Of a DNA stretch of 37,978 nt, positions 1 to 8,708 are shown one piece after another. Numbering within the stretch: position 1 is the stretch's first letter; each line of letters opens with the position of its first letter. The position numbers were made by a program, and so were the translations under genes. This DNA is from a virus: the UHGV virus genome UHGV-0283905; one strand, given 5' to 3'. The notes below the pieces were generated by a model. That model saw nothing but the letters and a program-made list of their open reading frames with translations. It did no database searches and was not told the origin of the DNA.

Positions 1-173
1 ACAGCAACCACGCCACCGGCTCCTGCTCCATGCCAGCCGTCAGCGCTTCCAGTGCGATTTTGAAGATTTGCGCATCGAGTTGCGCTTCTTCAAAATCAGG
101 GTAATGGGTTGTTACCGCAAGACGGCGCTCAAGCTCCTCAATCAACTGCTCTTTCGTAAATTCAGCCATATCC
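1..173 (-). CDS. hypothetical protein, N-terminal part only (ORF runs off the window start)
   Basis: ATG at 173..171 on minus strand, open to base 1; translation MAEFTKEQLIEELERRLAVTT...; continues the minus-strand early-right operon. Confidence 0.35.
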
Positions 174-545
174 CTACTCCCCCTTGATGCCAGCGGCGCT
201 AAGCTTGGTATTCACATCACCTTCAAAAATAGGCAGTACACCAATTGCAGCGGCCCAGTTTTTAGCTAACTCAGGGTCAGATGTCTCGTCGGTGTAGTCT
301 GATGCCCGCCACCCAATCAGTCGTTTCTGACCAGGAATGTCAGAGTTTCGCTTCTCCGTTGCTTGCTCTAGAGCATTAAGAAGTGTACGTATTTCATGCT
401 GCTGAGTAGAGATGCTTGAGTCTTTGGCTTCCAGCTCATCAAGCAGCGCCAGCACATCCCGAGTGGGGACCATAAAGTTCGGCATGAAGTTATCTTTTGC
501 CTTTTCTGCTGTTAGGCGCAGCGCCTGTTTGTCGATGTTGCTCAT
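174..545 (-). CDS. hypothetical phage early protein
   Basis: 123-aa ORF, 4-nt overlap with upstream gene (542..545); no family recognised. Confidence 0.5.
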   Translation of the reverse strand: MSNIDKQALRLTAEKAKDNFMPNFMVPTRDVLALLDELEAKDSSISTQQHEIRTLLNALEQATEKRNSDIPGQKRLIGWRASDYTDETSDPELAKNWAAAIGVLPIFEGDVNTKLSAAGIKGE

Positions 546-1195
546 TGCGCGTCCCCCTTGCGAATCTGGGCGGCGATGTCTTCGAGTACACCATCAGCGA
601 ACGAGCGATCGAAATCGCCTTCCGGCGCATCATCCATAAACTCTGTGGAGGTCAGTATCATTCGTGCGATGTCCGCAGCGTTCTTCGCTGTGTCTTCGAT
701 AAACCCAGCCTCCCATGCAGCCAGCATTCGGTTGGCAACAAAGTGAGCGCCTTCCTTGTGGGCTTGCGCCCGCACTTCAGCCAGGAAAGCATCGGTGGCT
801 GGAATGGGCTTTTGTGGTGATATAGCAATGCGAATTGTCTCAAGGTCTGGATCTGTTTCCGCTGCTGGCACCTTGATATAACCCACCTGCACCCCATTCA
901 TGATGAACCTGCGACGGTCATCACATATCGCCTTTAGCCCCGCATTCTCCGCCGCCAGCGCCGAAAACTTCTCGTGTGCCAACTTAACAGCTGCATCAGC
1001 CTGCTTAATTGACTCAATCGCTTTCTGTTGGTCTTCGGCCAGCGCATTAGCACGCACCAGTTGCACTTCCAGTTGCGTTGCCAAATCGCTGATCAGCTTT
1101 GCCACACTGCGCATATCAACGGCACCACATTCTGCTTTCAGTTCCGAAGCCATCTCATGCCCGGCGGAAACTAACCATTTGATATTACCGTCCAT
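542..1195 (-). CDS. hypothetical phage protein, coiled-coil-rich N-terminal half
   Basis: 217-aa ORF in the same operon; Ala/Glu/Lys-rich heptad-like N-terminus; no confident family. Confidence 0.5.
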   Translation of the reverse strand: MDGNIKWLVSAGHEMASELKAECGAVDMRSVAKLISDLATQLEVQLVRANALAEDQQKAIESIKQADAAVKLAHEKFSALAAENAGLKAICDDRRRFIMNGVQVGYIKVPAAETDPDLETIRIAISPQKPIPATDAFLAEVRAQAHKEGAHFVANRMLAAWEAGFIEDTAKNAADIARMILTSTEFMDDAPEGDFDRSFADGVLEDIAAQIRKGDAQ

Positions 1196-1256
1196 CTTTA
1201 CCCTCGCTTATCCACATAACTTATTGATTACATTGATAACTAAAAAGATCGTCGAT

Positions 1257-1601
1257 TCAGAACTCTTCGATGTTCCAGCCACCACCTGCTTTCTTTGGCT
1301 TAACCGTTACCCCGATGATTCGGAACGGATACTGATCTGCGGCGACTTTGGTTTTCACTCTGGCGTCATCGGTCCAGAAACCTTTCACTTCGTGTAGTTC
1401 CATCTCGCCGGTGGCGAGCATCACAGCAAAATCGGGCGTATAGAACGTGTTGTCAGCTAACCGCAGCTTGATACCCTCGAATCGATACCAGGCGATTTCC
1501 CCTGCACGTTTACGCAGCTCAAGGTGCTGGCAATACGCAGATTCTGTTTTGTTCATCTGGCCTGTTTTGAGTCGACCAAGAGCCTGTATCTGTTTTCTCA
1601 T
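1257..1601 (-). CDS. putative small PD-(D/E)XK-type nuclease (DUF1064-like)
   Basis: 114 aa; motif YTPDF...ELHEVKG resembles a D...E.K nuclease core; start codon sits 3 nt after a TTACC-N5-GGTAA site. Confidence 0.4.
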   Translation of the reverse strand: MRKQIQALGRLKTGQMNKTESAYCQHLELRKRAGEIAWYRFEGIKLRLADNTFYTPDFAVMLATGEMELHEVKGFWTDDARVKTKVAADQYPFRIIGVTVKPKKAGGGWNIEEF

Positions 1602-1718
1602 GATTTACCTCTAAGGTAATTAAAAACCACATAAGACACGAAATCAATAGAGTTTAGAATATTTTATTACCCAACAGGTAATTATCAAGGCGTAAAAAAA
1701 TGCGCTATCGCGCTGGTA

Positions 1719-2519
1719 TTACTTGATAAATCCTGCCGCCTTTCCCCGCCTGTATTCCTCCATCAGCCACTGCGCCGGTGTTATTCCCCCAAGGGTGGCG
1801 GCGTTAGGCATGCACCCGAAACTTCGCCCTGGTGGATGGTAAACGTCTCTCCCTGTGTCCGGAGGCGTACTCATGGGTTCTGGCTTTGCCTGTATGCTGA
1901 TCACCGGATCGGGTATCTGCTGTCCGGAAGCCACCTTTTTCGCCCAATCATCGAGCAGCCTGCGCGCGTGTTTCTCAACCTCTATCTCGCTAAGCTGGCG
2001 CTGATACATTGCACGGCGGGTATCACATACGACCCAGTACATAACCGGATGCCGCCACGGGAATCTTTCGGGACCACCAGGATATAAACTTTTTTCCTTG
2101 CTGTACCGGTGAAACTCCGTCATCACATCGTCAATGGTGACGCCAAGAACCATCTTGCTGTCTTTGCACCACTTGATGAATTGCCCTGGCGACGGCCAGA
2201 ACGGAGATTCACTGGCGCGGGCGTGGCGCATACCAGCAGAAACCTGTTCACGGGTTCGGATCCCCCCTTCGGCAAACGCAGCAATCCACTGCTGTTTTGC
2301 AGCAACTTCCTGCTCTGGCGTCTTCAGGTTGGTTACCACTGCCGCCGGAAACAGTTGTTTCAGCTGTTTGAAAAGGGCATCAACAAGCCTCTCTGCTGAC
2401 ATGTTCACCACGTTGTCATTGTTGGTGTACTGATGCTCATAACCTGACATGCGAGAAAGGGCTTCTCCGTCACGGTTTTGTATCGCGGTAAAAACGTTGT
2501 TCACAAGAAATCCTCCCAT
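1719..2519 (-). CDS. replication protein P-like (DnaB helicase loader)
   Basis: Segment QQWIAAFAEGGIRTREQVSAGMRHARASESPFWPSPGQFIKWC closely matches my recollection of lambda P (QWVLAFRENGITTMEQVNAGMRVARRQNRPFLPSPGQFVAWC); lies directly downstream of the O-like gene. Confidence 0.8.
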   Translation of the reverse strand: MGGFLVNNVFTAIQNRDGEALSRMSGYEHQYTNNDNVVNMSAERLVDALFKQLKQLFPAAVVTNLKTPEQEVAAKQQWIAAFAEGGIRTREQVSAGMRHARASESPFWPSPGQFIKWCKDSKMVLGVTIDDVMTEFHRYSKEKSLYPGGPERFPWRHPVMYWVVCDTRRAMYQRQLSEIEVEKHARRLLDDWAKKVASGQQIPDPVISIQAKPEPMSTPPDTGRDVYHPPGRSFGCMPNAATLGGITPAQWLMEEYRRGKAAGFIK

Positions 2520-3292
2520 GCTTCAGGGCTGTTCCAGTGCGGAACGTTGTTATCAGGTAATGTTGATTGCTTCTGTCTGCTAATCTGCAGCCGCCTTGCC
2601 AGCTTCTGCTCCCACTGTGCCTGATGGTATGCCTTACCCTCAGCCATCCAGTAAATTCTGAACTCTGCAAGTTCCTGTGCCGTTGGCAGACTGTCCAGGT
2701 AGATCCCCTGCAAGGAGCTTTTCCGAAGAAAGTCATCTGATGGCTGCCATTGTTCATGCATGACAAATTTGCCTAATTGCCCTGGCCCACCAGGAGGAAC
2801 AAAGTTATTCATCACGGCGTTGTTTGCGCCGGGGTCATGAGGCACAGAATCCCCGTTTTTTGTCCTGCTCTCCCTCTCTTGGTTAAATGACTGGTTATAT
2901 GACTGGTTCTGGATCCCGTTTTTGGGATCATTCAACATCCCGTTTTTGGGTATATTCCCGTTTTCGGTAACATTACCGTTTTCGGGTTCATTGCCCCCCT
3001 CCCGGTTGCCTTTAATGTTCCCGTTTTTGGTTATATTAAGAGAGAAAACCCGCACTCTTTTCGTCGCTCCCTTTCTCTCTCCGGTATCTGAAATAAGCCC
3101 CATTTTCATGAGCGATATAAGCCCGGCCTGCACGGTTTTTTTATTCAGGCAAGTGTCTTTAACGAGGCGTTCTATGCTGGGGTAGCAGAGGTTATATTCA
3201 TCGGCTCTGTCAGCCATCGAGAGCAGTATGAGCTTTAATGACGAGCTACCTGGATCTGTCTCCCAGGCCCAATCTGTTGCATGTCTGCTCAT
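2501..3292 (-). CDS. replication initiator, lambda O-like, with origin iterons inside the coding sequence
   Basis: 263 aa; N-terminal winged-helix-like segment; central KNG/ENG peptide repeats encoded by DNA iterons; immediately upstream of the P-like gene. Confidence 0.65.
   Translation of the reverse strand: MSRHATDWAWETDPGSSSLKLILLSMADRADEYNLCYPSIERLVKDTCLNKKTVQAGLISLMKMGLISDTGERKGATKRVRVFSLNITKNGNIKGNREGGNEPENGNVTENGNIPKNGMLNDPKNGIQNQSYNQSFNQERESRTKNGDSVPHDPGANNAVMNNFVPPGGPGQLGKFVMHEQWQPSDDFLRKSSLQGIYLDSLPTAQELAEFRIYWMAEGKAYHQAQWEQKLARRLQISRQKQSTLPDNNVPHWNSPEAWEDFL
2912..3030. repeat. candidate origin iterons (about five copies of CCCGTTTT(T/C)GG) inside the O-like gene
   Basis: Copies begin near 2914, 2939, 2957, 2974 (variant) and 3020, followed by AT-rich TTATATTAAG; a separate tandem TGACTGGTT x2 lies at 2889..2910. 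Confidence 0.6.
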
Positions 3293-3307
3293 GATTAATC
3301 TCCGCTA

Positions 3308-3508
3308 TCAGCTTGAATATTGTGGGGAGGAATTAATCATGATCTGCTTAATCTCTGCCCTGATGCGACGGTTTGATTCCATGGTGCACTCAACACAGTG
3401 TCCGTTGTAAACCCAGCGTTCACTGTCATGTCCGTGCTTACATGGTTTTCCGGTGTAGTAGCGTTTAAGTCCGCGCTTTGCGGCATCAATACGTGTAATG
3501 ATTTCCAT
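3308..3508 (-). CDS. small zinc-ribbon protein (CxH.H ... CxxC)
   Basis: ORF table gives 3308..3571; internal ATG at 3508 (MEIITRID...) preferred because the longer N-terminus is hydrophobic and lacks an RBS; motif YYTGKPCKHGH...NGHCVEC. Confidence 0.4.
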   Translation of the reverse strand: MEIITRIDAAKRGLKRYYTGKPCKHGHDSERWVYNGHCVECTMESNRRIRAEIKQIMINSSPQYSS

Positions 3509-3658
3509 GGTAAGCCCTGTTATTAGTATTTGGATTACGGTTATTTTGTGCTGACACAAAAAAAAGATCAACCAGATTTGGTTTTTTATTACCTTTGAGG
3601 TACGGATAGATATGAAAAGACCGCCGGGTGGCGGTCTACAGAGGGTTGTAGCTGGATA

Positions 3659-3889
3659 TCATGAGTAGAAGAAGTATGCCAGTTCTGCTTTTGAGCGCAG
3701 CCATTGTCTTGTTTTACAGGCTTTAAAAAGCCCATTCATCAATACTTTACCTGGCATTTTGCGCTTACCTGTTAAGTGAGTCTGGATATAGTGACTCGTC
3801 GTTCCGGCTTCCTGTGCGAAGGCTTCACGCTCATCCGGAGTAAGTGCAAGCCAGTGCTTTTTGAAATCGAAATGTCCGTTATCGCTCAT
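3659..3889 (-). CDS. Cro-like small HTH regulator, first gene of the early-right operon
   Basis: 76 aa, divergent from the repressor gene across an intergenic region holding three dyad sites; HTH-like segment AFAQEAGTTSHYIQTHLTG. Confidence 0.45.
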   Translation of the reverse strand: MSDNGHFDFKKHWLALTPDEREAFAQEAGTTSHYIQTHLTGKRKMPGKVLMNGLFKACKTRQWLRSKAELAYFFYS

Positions 3890-3925
3890 AGCTATTGCCT
3901 GATATTTATTTCAGATAATAAATAT

Positions 3926-3988
3926 TCACCCATAAGGTAACAAAAATCAAGGATAGTTACCTATGGGGTGCATTTACCTGTTGGGTAA
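3926..3988. promoter_or_regulatory. OR-like operator cluster: three TTACC-N5-GGTAA-type dyad sites between the divergent Cro-like and repressor genes
   Basis: TCACCcataaGGTAA 3926..3940, TTACCtatggGGTGC 3957..3971 (one half degenerate), TTACCtgttgGGTAA 3974..3988. Confidence 0.6.
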
Positions 3989-4043
3989 TATTGCTTTAAA
4001 TTGAATCATCTACTGATTCATATATGAGGCGATTTTCCAGAAA

Positions 4044-4628
4044 ATGAAAAGTATCCAGGACGTCCGCAGGCAAAATCTCAACGACTTGATCGACCGTGAA
4101 TTCAATGGTGTTCAGACGCGGATGGCAGAAAAACTTGGAACTCAGGCAAATCTGGTAAACCGCTGGGCTCTTGGCAAGAAGGTTATCGGCGACCAGGTTG
4201 CACGAAAAATTGAAGCTGCCGCCAATAAACCCCGTAACTGGCTTGATATTGATCGTTCGCTTTCTCAGGAGGGTTTTCAGCCTGTCGGACCAAGCGACAT
4301 TGGTCAACTGGCGGCTCACAACCTGGAACGCTGGATGAGCGAAAGCCGCGACCTTTCAACACAGGGAAAACTTCACCGCGCATCCGGCGTAGCCCAGGTG
4401 ACAATCAGCCGCCTGTTAAACAATGAGGTCAGCGTTTCCATTTCCACCCTGGAGAATGTTGCATCCGCATTCGGGCGTCATGGCTATGAATTACTGATTC
4501 ACCCGCACGACCCTGCGACCATCAACTATGATCGCTCGCGCTACGCATTGTTACCCGAAACCGAGAAAGCAAAGATCGAAAGTTACATTGAATTTGTCAT
4601 CAACCAGAACGAAAAAAGCAAACAATAA
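4044..4628 (+). CDS. candidate immunity repressor, dual HTH (XRE-type), no peptidase S24 domain
   Basis: 194 aa; two HTH-like segments (about residues 20-45 and 115-140); no recognisable Ser/Lys autocleavage motifs; occupies the cI position opposite the Cro-like gene. Confidence 0.6.
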   Translation: MKSIQDVRRQNLNDLIDREFNGVQTRMAEKLGTQANLVNRWALGKKVIGDQVARKIEAAANKPRNWLDIDRSLSQEGFQPVGPSDIGQLAAHNLERWMSESRDLSTQGKLHRASGVAQVTISRLLNNEVSVSISTLENVASAFGRHGYELLIHPHDPATINYDRSRYALLPETEKAKIESYIEFVINQNEKSKQ

Positions 4629-4650
4629 AACCATAGTTTTCAGTAAGTAA

Positions 4651-4673
4651 GCCGCCTCATGGCGGCTTTTTTA
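4651..4673 (+). terminator. intrinsic terminator downstream of the repressor gene
   Basis: GCCGCC-tcat-GGCGGC hairpin followed by TTTTTTATT. Confidence 0.7.
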
Positions 4674-4685
4674 TTGCCAGATAGA

Positions 4686-4762
4686 TTACCTTACGGGTAA
4701 TTTTTTTAACTCATATCTATTGACACCAAACCAAATAAGCATAATTATTACCCCAACGGTAA
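4686..4762. promoter_or_regulatory. OL-like operators: two dyad sites upstream of the early-left operon
   Basis: TTACCttacgGGTAA 4686..4700 and TTACCccaacGGTAA 4748..4762, between the repressor terminator and the first early-left ORF. Confidence 0.55.
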
Positions 4763-4781
4763 CAGACCGAGGTAACAAGTT

Positions 4782-4934
4782 ATGCAGTGGAAAATCATCA
4801 ACGGTTGGTACTGCGTTACTGCATGCGGATTCATGAGCTGGAAGTTCCGCACCTTACAGGAAGGCATTAAGTGGGCTTTCGTCAGCAAAGAAGCTCGCGA
4901 TGTGGCCAACGATAACGAGATATGGGAGGGCTGA
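4782..4934 (+). CDS. small hypothetical protein (50 aa), first early-left gene; not in the ORF track
   Basis: ATG 4782 preceded by GAGGT at about 9 nt; translation MQWKIINGWYCVTACGFMSWKFRTLQEGIKWAFVSKEARDVANDNEIWEG; stop TGA 4932..4934. Confidence 0.35.
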   Translation: MQWKIINGWYCVTACGFMSWKFRTLQEGIKWAFVSKEARDVANDNEIWEG

Positions 4935-4936
4935 TA

Positions 4937-5236
4937 ATGAACGTTAATCAGCAGAAAAATCTTCAAAAAATCATGCTGGCATTCGACAAGGACTACCGCC
5001 TGTCAGAACAGCTATATGACCGACAAGTTGAACTGATTGAGAGCATCCGACTTCATCAACTGTCCTCAACTTTCGACGTTGTAACAGGCAAAGGCGTTCG
5101 TCAGGAAGTACTGGAGGCTGCTAAAGACAGCCCTGAGTTCGAAGAACTGATGGATGCCTATCGGCGAGAGGCAATGGCAATTATCGCCCGCTGGGATCTG
5201 GCGGATCAGCTTGATGGGCAGAGGGACGCGGCATGA
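4937..5236 (+). CDS. hypothetical early protein (99 aa)
   Basis: ORF table start 4922; ATG 4937 preferred (GGGAGGG 6 nt upstream); stop overlaps exonuclease start (ATGA at 5233). Confidence 0.5.
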   Translation: MNVNQQKNLQKIMLAFDKDYRLSEQLYDRQVELIESIRLHQLSSTFDVVTGKGVRQEVLEAAKDSPEFEELMDAYRREAMAIIARWDLADQLDGQRDAA

Positions 5237-6132
5237 TGCGGAACGCTGGAATCATGGATAGAACAAAATACATCGGAGGAAGCGATGTTGCAGGGATTCT
5301 TGGAATTAGCCCATGGCGCACCCCGCTTGAGGTTTATCTGGATAAGGTCCAGCCACGTGTCAAACCAGTAGACCCAAGCAAGCAGAAAGTTTTCACGCGT
5401 GGCCAGCGTATGGAGCCATACGTAATAGACCTGCTTTCTGAGGAAACAGGGATGGAAATCGTTCATCGCGGAAACCGCTATATCCACCGTGATTACGATT
5501 TTATTGCAGCTGAGATCGATGCAGAAGCAGCGTCAGGCGAGAACATTGAGATCAAAACAGTTAGTCCGTTCAAAGCCAAAGAATGGGGAGAAATCCAGAC
5601 AGATGCAATTCCTGTGCATTACACGGCCCAGGCCATGCACGGGTTGATGGTTACAAACAAACAGGTATGCGTTTTCGGTGTGCTTATCGGTGGCGACGAC
5701 TTCCGAATCTATCGGGTTGAGCGTGATGAAGAAACTATCCAGGCGATCTTAGAAAAAGAAATCGCTTTCTGGGACCGAGTGAAAAATCTTAACCCGCCGG
5801 AAGCTACCAGCGTAAGCGATGTATCGCTGATGTTTGAGAAAGATGCCGGGACAAGTATCGAGGCTGACGGAAAGGCACTCGCACTATTCAACAATCTACG
5901 AGACATGAAATCACGCAGAAAATCACTGGAAGAAGAAATAGCTATATCAGAAGAGAAGCTGAAGATGTACATGCAAGAGCACTCAGTCCTGACCCTGGAC
6001 GGAAAGCCGCTCTGCACATGGAAATCTCAGATCAGCAACAGATTCGACCAGAAGCTATTCCAGTCAGTACACCCTGAGTTATTCGAAAAATTCAAAACAA
6101 CAACGACACAACGCGTCTTCAGAATGAAGTAA
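5233..6132 (+). CDS. YqaJ-family viral recombination exonuclease (lambda Exo-like)
   Basis: N-terminal KYIGGSDVAGILGISPWRTPLEVYL matches the YqaJ signature; immediately upstream of a RecT-type gene. Confidence 0.8.
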   Translation: MMRNAGIMDRTKYIGGSDVAGILGISPWRTPLEVYLDKVQPRVKPVDPSKQKVFTRGQRMEPYVIDLLSEETGMEIVHRGNRYIHRDYDFIAAEIDAEAASGENIEIKTVSPFKAKEWGEIQTDAIPVHYTAQAMHGLMVTNKQVCVFGVLIGGDDFRIYRVERDEETIQAILEKEIAFWDRVKNLNPPEATSVSDVSLMFEKDAGTSIEADGKALALFNNLRDMKSRRKSLEEEIAISEEKLKMYMQEHSVLTLDGKPLCTWKSQISNRFDQKLFQSVHPELFEKFKTTTTQRVFRMK

Positions 6133-6141
6133 GGAGAAAAA

Positions 6142-7164
6142 ATGTCTATCAATGCACTTAAGGCAGCGGCTACCGGTAACCAAGTTGCACATCATAATGA
6201 GAAACCAACAACTCTGGCCGGACTTCTGGCAGACCCAAAAATTAAAGCTCAGATGGCTTTGGCACTTCCAAAGCACATGACAGCAGACCGTCTGGCGCGC
6301 ATAGCAACCACAGAGATCAGAAAGGTTCCAAAACTTGCATCATGCGACCAAGCCAGCTTCCTGGGGGCAATTATGCAATGTGCCCAATTGGGTCTTGAAC
6401 CAGGCGGAGCTCTTGGACACGCTTACCTGATACCGTTCGACAAACGCCAGAAAGTAAATGGAAGATGGGAAACCGTATCTACAGAAGCACAGCTGATTAT
6501 CGGCTATCGCGGAATGATTGACCTTGCCCGCCGCTCTGGGCAGATCCTGAGTATCTCGGCTCGTACCGTACATACAAACGACAAATTCAGCTACTCATAC
6601 GGCCTGGAAGAAACGCTCGAGCATTTACCTTGCGAAACAGGTGACAGCGGAGAATTAACGCACGTTTACGCCGTTGCACGACTGAAAGATGGCGGAGTCC
6701 AATTTGAAGTTATGAGCCGGGCAGACGTTGAGAAAGTTCGTGCACTGAGCAAAGCCGGTAGCAGTGGCCCATGGGTTGATCACTTCGATGAGATGGCTAA
6801 AAAAACAGTAATTCGCCGACTGTTCAAATATCTTCCTGTTTCTATTGAAATGCAGAAGGCTGTTGTTATGGATGAGCGCGCTGAAGCTGGACTTAGCCAA
6901 GATAACGCAGCTGTTATCACTGGTGAATATTCCGTAGTTGACGATGAGCGTCAACACCTGTCGCCAATTTCAGATTCAGAACGAGAAGAAGCTCGAGAAT
7001 ATATCATCGCGATACTTAATAGCCTGGATCCATCTGCTGAAGATGCAAAAACGATGTTCAAGCGCGCTGAAAATGAAATTAACACCATGGCTGAAAAGCT
7101 CGGTGATGAATATCACCAAAAATTCATGATGACGCTTAACGATATGCGTCCAGAATTCGAGTAA
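6142..7164 (+). CDS. recT: RecT-family single-strand annealing protein
   Basis: 340 aa; LGHAYLIPF and QLIIGYRGMIDLARRSGQ motifs typical of RecT/Bet; AGGAG RBS; paired with YqaJ exonuclease. Confidence 0.85.
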   Translation: MSINALKAAATGNQVAHHNEKPTTLAGLLADPKIKAQMALALPKHMTADRLARIATTEIRKVPKLASCDQASFLGAIMQCAQLGLEPGGALGHAYLIPFDKRQKVNGRWETVSTEAQLIIGYRGMIDLARRSGQILSISARTVHTNDKFSYSYGLEETLEHLPCETGDSGELTHVYAVARLKDGGVQFEVMSRADVEKVRALSKAGSSGPWVDHFDEMAKKTVIRRLFKYLPVSIEMQKAVVMDERAEAGLSQDNAAVITGEYSVVDDERQHLSPISDSEREEAREYIIAILNSLDPSAEDAKTMFKRAENEINTMAEKLGDEYHQKFMMTLNDMRPEFE

Positions 7165-7166
7165 CC

Positions 7167-7185
7167 ACCACCGCGGCGCCACGTG
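7167..7185. other. 19-bp perfect palindrome GCGGCGCCACGTGCGCCGC after recT (hairpin without U-run)
   Basis: Read directly; no adjacent T-run, so not a canonical intrinsic terminator. Confidence 0.4.
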
Positions 7186-7213
7186 CGCCGCACTGCAACC
7201 AAGAGAGGTATTC

Positions 7214-7462
7214 ATGAAAGGTGCATTAGGTAAGAAAGAACTCCTGGCGGTGGTGCCACTGTCATGGAGCACTATCGACCGTATGGAGCGCGCAGGGGAA
7301 TTTCCTAAACGCTGGTATATCACCGATAAACGCTGCGCATGGAACCGTGATGAAGTTGAGCGTTGGCTTGATGAACGTCAGGCAGCAAGCCCGGCAGAGT
7401 TCCAGGGTAAAAAGCCTCCTGTTCAGCAACGTGTATATCGTCCCGTGAGCAACGCTGCATGA
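7214..7462 (+). CDS. AlpA-family phage transcriptional regulator / excisionase-like HTH protein
   Basis: 82 aa; LLAVVPLSWSTIDRMERAGEFPKRWYITDKRCAWNRDEVERWLDE fits the AlpA/MerR-type HTH pattern; commonly partnered with P4-type integrases. Confidence 0.7.
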   Translation: MKGALGKKELLAVVPLSWSTIDRMERAGEFPKRWYITDKRCAWNRDEVERWLDERQAASPAEFQGKKPPVQQRVYRPVSNAA

Positions 7463-7571
7463 GTGCGCTGCTAAGGCACTGGAGCAAATGGTCAGGATGG
7501 TACTTATTCCTGGCCTCTGTTTCAGCATGGCTTTATCTGCTGGCATTAATTTTCAGAGAGGGTTGGATTAA

Positions 7572-7871
7572 GTGAGAAAGTTAAGCCGACTTGAAAAATA
7601 TCACATGAATAAGGTTTCAATGCGCAGTCCGTCAAAGATTGTCGCCGTTACTCCTGCGGCGATAGAGATCGAAAAACGCGCGATTGAAAGAGAGAAAAAA
7701 GGGCAATTCCGCATTGCCGCTCACCTTTGGCTTCAGTGTATGGATGTTGCTTCTGGTGATGTTGAACGTGCAAGGATCGCGGTTCGCAGGGACCAATGTA
7801 TCACAAAAGGTAACGGCCTTCGCCGTGGCGACTATAGCGGTATAGGATGTTGCGGGGTGGTTTATGACTAA
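7572..7871 (+). CDS. PerC-like transcriptional regulator (tentative)
   Basis: 99 aa, GTG start at 7572 (alternative ATG 7605); segment AIEREKKGQFRIAAHLWLQCMDV...RRDQC resembles my recollection of PerC family proteins. Confidence 0.35.
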   Translation: MRKLSRLEKYHMNKVSMRSPSKIVAVTPAAIEIEKRAIEREKKGQFRIAAHLWLQCMDVASGDVERARIAVRRDQCITKGNGLRRGDYSGIGCCGVVYD

Positions 7872-8514
7872 GAAATACACACTAATCTATGCAGATCCAC
7901 CCTGGGTATACCGGGACAAAGCCGCAGATGGTAATCGCGGTGCCGGTTTTAAATATCCGGTTATGAGTGTGATGGATATCTGCCGCCTTCCTGTGTGGGA
8001 TTTGGCCGATGAAAACTGTCTGTTGGCCATGTGGTGGGTGCCAACACAACCACTCGAAGCACTAAAAGTTGTTGAAGCCTGGGGATTCCGTCTGATGACC
8101 ATGAAGGGATTCACGTGGATAAAATGTGGTAGTCGACAACCAGATAAACTGGTTATGGGTATGGGTCACATGACTCGCGCCAATAGTGAAGATTGCCTGT
8201 TTGCAGTAAAGGGAAAACTACCTCCGCGCATTAATGCAGGGATCGTTCAGTCATTTACCGCACCGCGGCTTGAGCATTCAAGAAAACCAGATGTCGTTCG
8301 TGAAAAACTTGTGCAATTGTTAGGCGATGTTTCTCGCATTGAACTGTTCGCCCGCCAGTCGTCTCATGGCTTCGATGTTTGGGGTAATCAGTGCGAAGAC
8401 CCGGCAGTGCAACTACACCCTGGATACGCGTTGGATATTGCCAGATTAACAAATGCATTCAGCAATGCTCCGCTGTCACCAACAGACAACCAGGGGCGGG
8501 AGCGTGCAGCATGA
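7864..8514 (+). CDS. MT-A70-family DNA N6-adenine methyltransferase (orphan)
   Basis: 216 aa; catalytic DPPW motif in YADPPWVY; no adjacent restriction endonuclease gene. Confidence 0.85.
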   Translation: MTKKYTLIYADPPWVYRDKAADGNRGAGFKYPVMSVMDICRLPVWDLADENCLLAMWWVPTQPLEALKVVEAWGFRLMTMKGFTWIKCGSRQPDKLVMGMGHMTRANSEDCLFAVKGKLPPRINAGIVQSFTAPRLEHSRKPDVVREKLVQLLGDVSRIELFARQSSHGFDVWGNQCEDPAVQLHPGYALDIARLTNAFSNAPLSPTDNQGRERAA

Positions 8515-8705
8515 ACCGGGCATCACCAGCAGATTTAAGGAAATGCCTTGAAACTGCAAACATGCTTGCACACAGCGGGATCAGGTTTGTTCCAATTCCC
8601 GCTGTCACCGATGCTGAATTTGCAACGCTGTCAGCAATATTCGAAGACAAAATTGAATCACTGGCAGCAGAAGCCGAGATGGAAGAAAATCAGCAGAATA
8701 ATTAA
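8511..8705 (+). CDS. hypothetical small protein (64 aa) abutting the integrase gene
   Basis: ATG 8511 overlaps the MTase stop (ATGA); ORF table lists a longer frame from 8391; ends 3 bp from the convergent integrase stop. Confidence 0.4.
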   Translation: MNRASPADLRKCLETANMLAHSGIRFVPIPAVTDAEFATLSAIFEDKIESLAAEAEMEENQQNN

Positions 8706-8708
8706 ACG

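Noticed and set aside
3890-4043. LexA box or the palindrome GTGACATGTCAC in the Cro/repressor intergenic region
   Set aside because: Only TTACC-N5-GGTAA-type dyads are present there; no CTGT-N8-ACAG match was seen.
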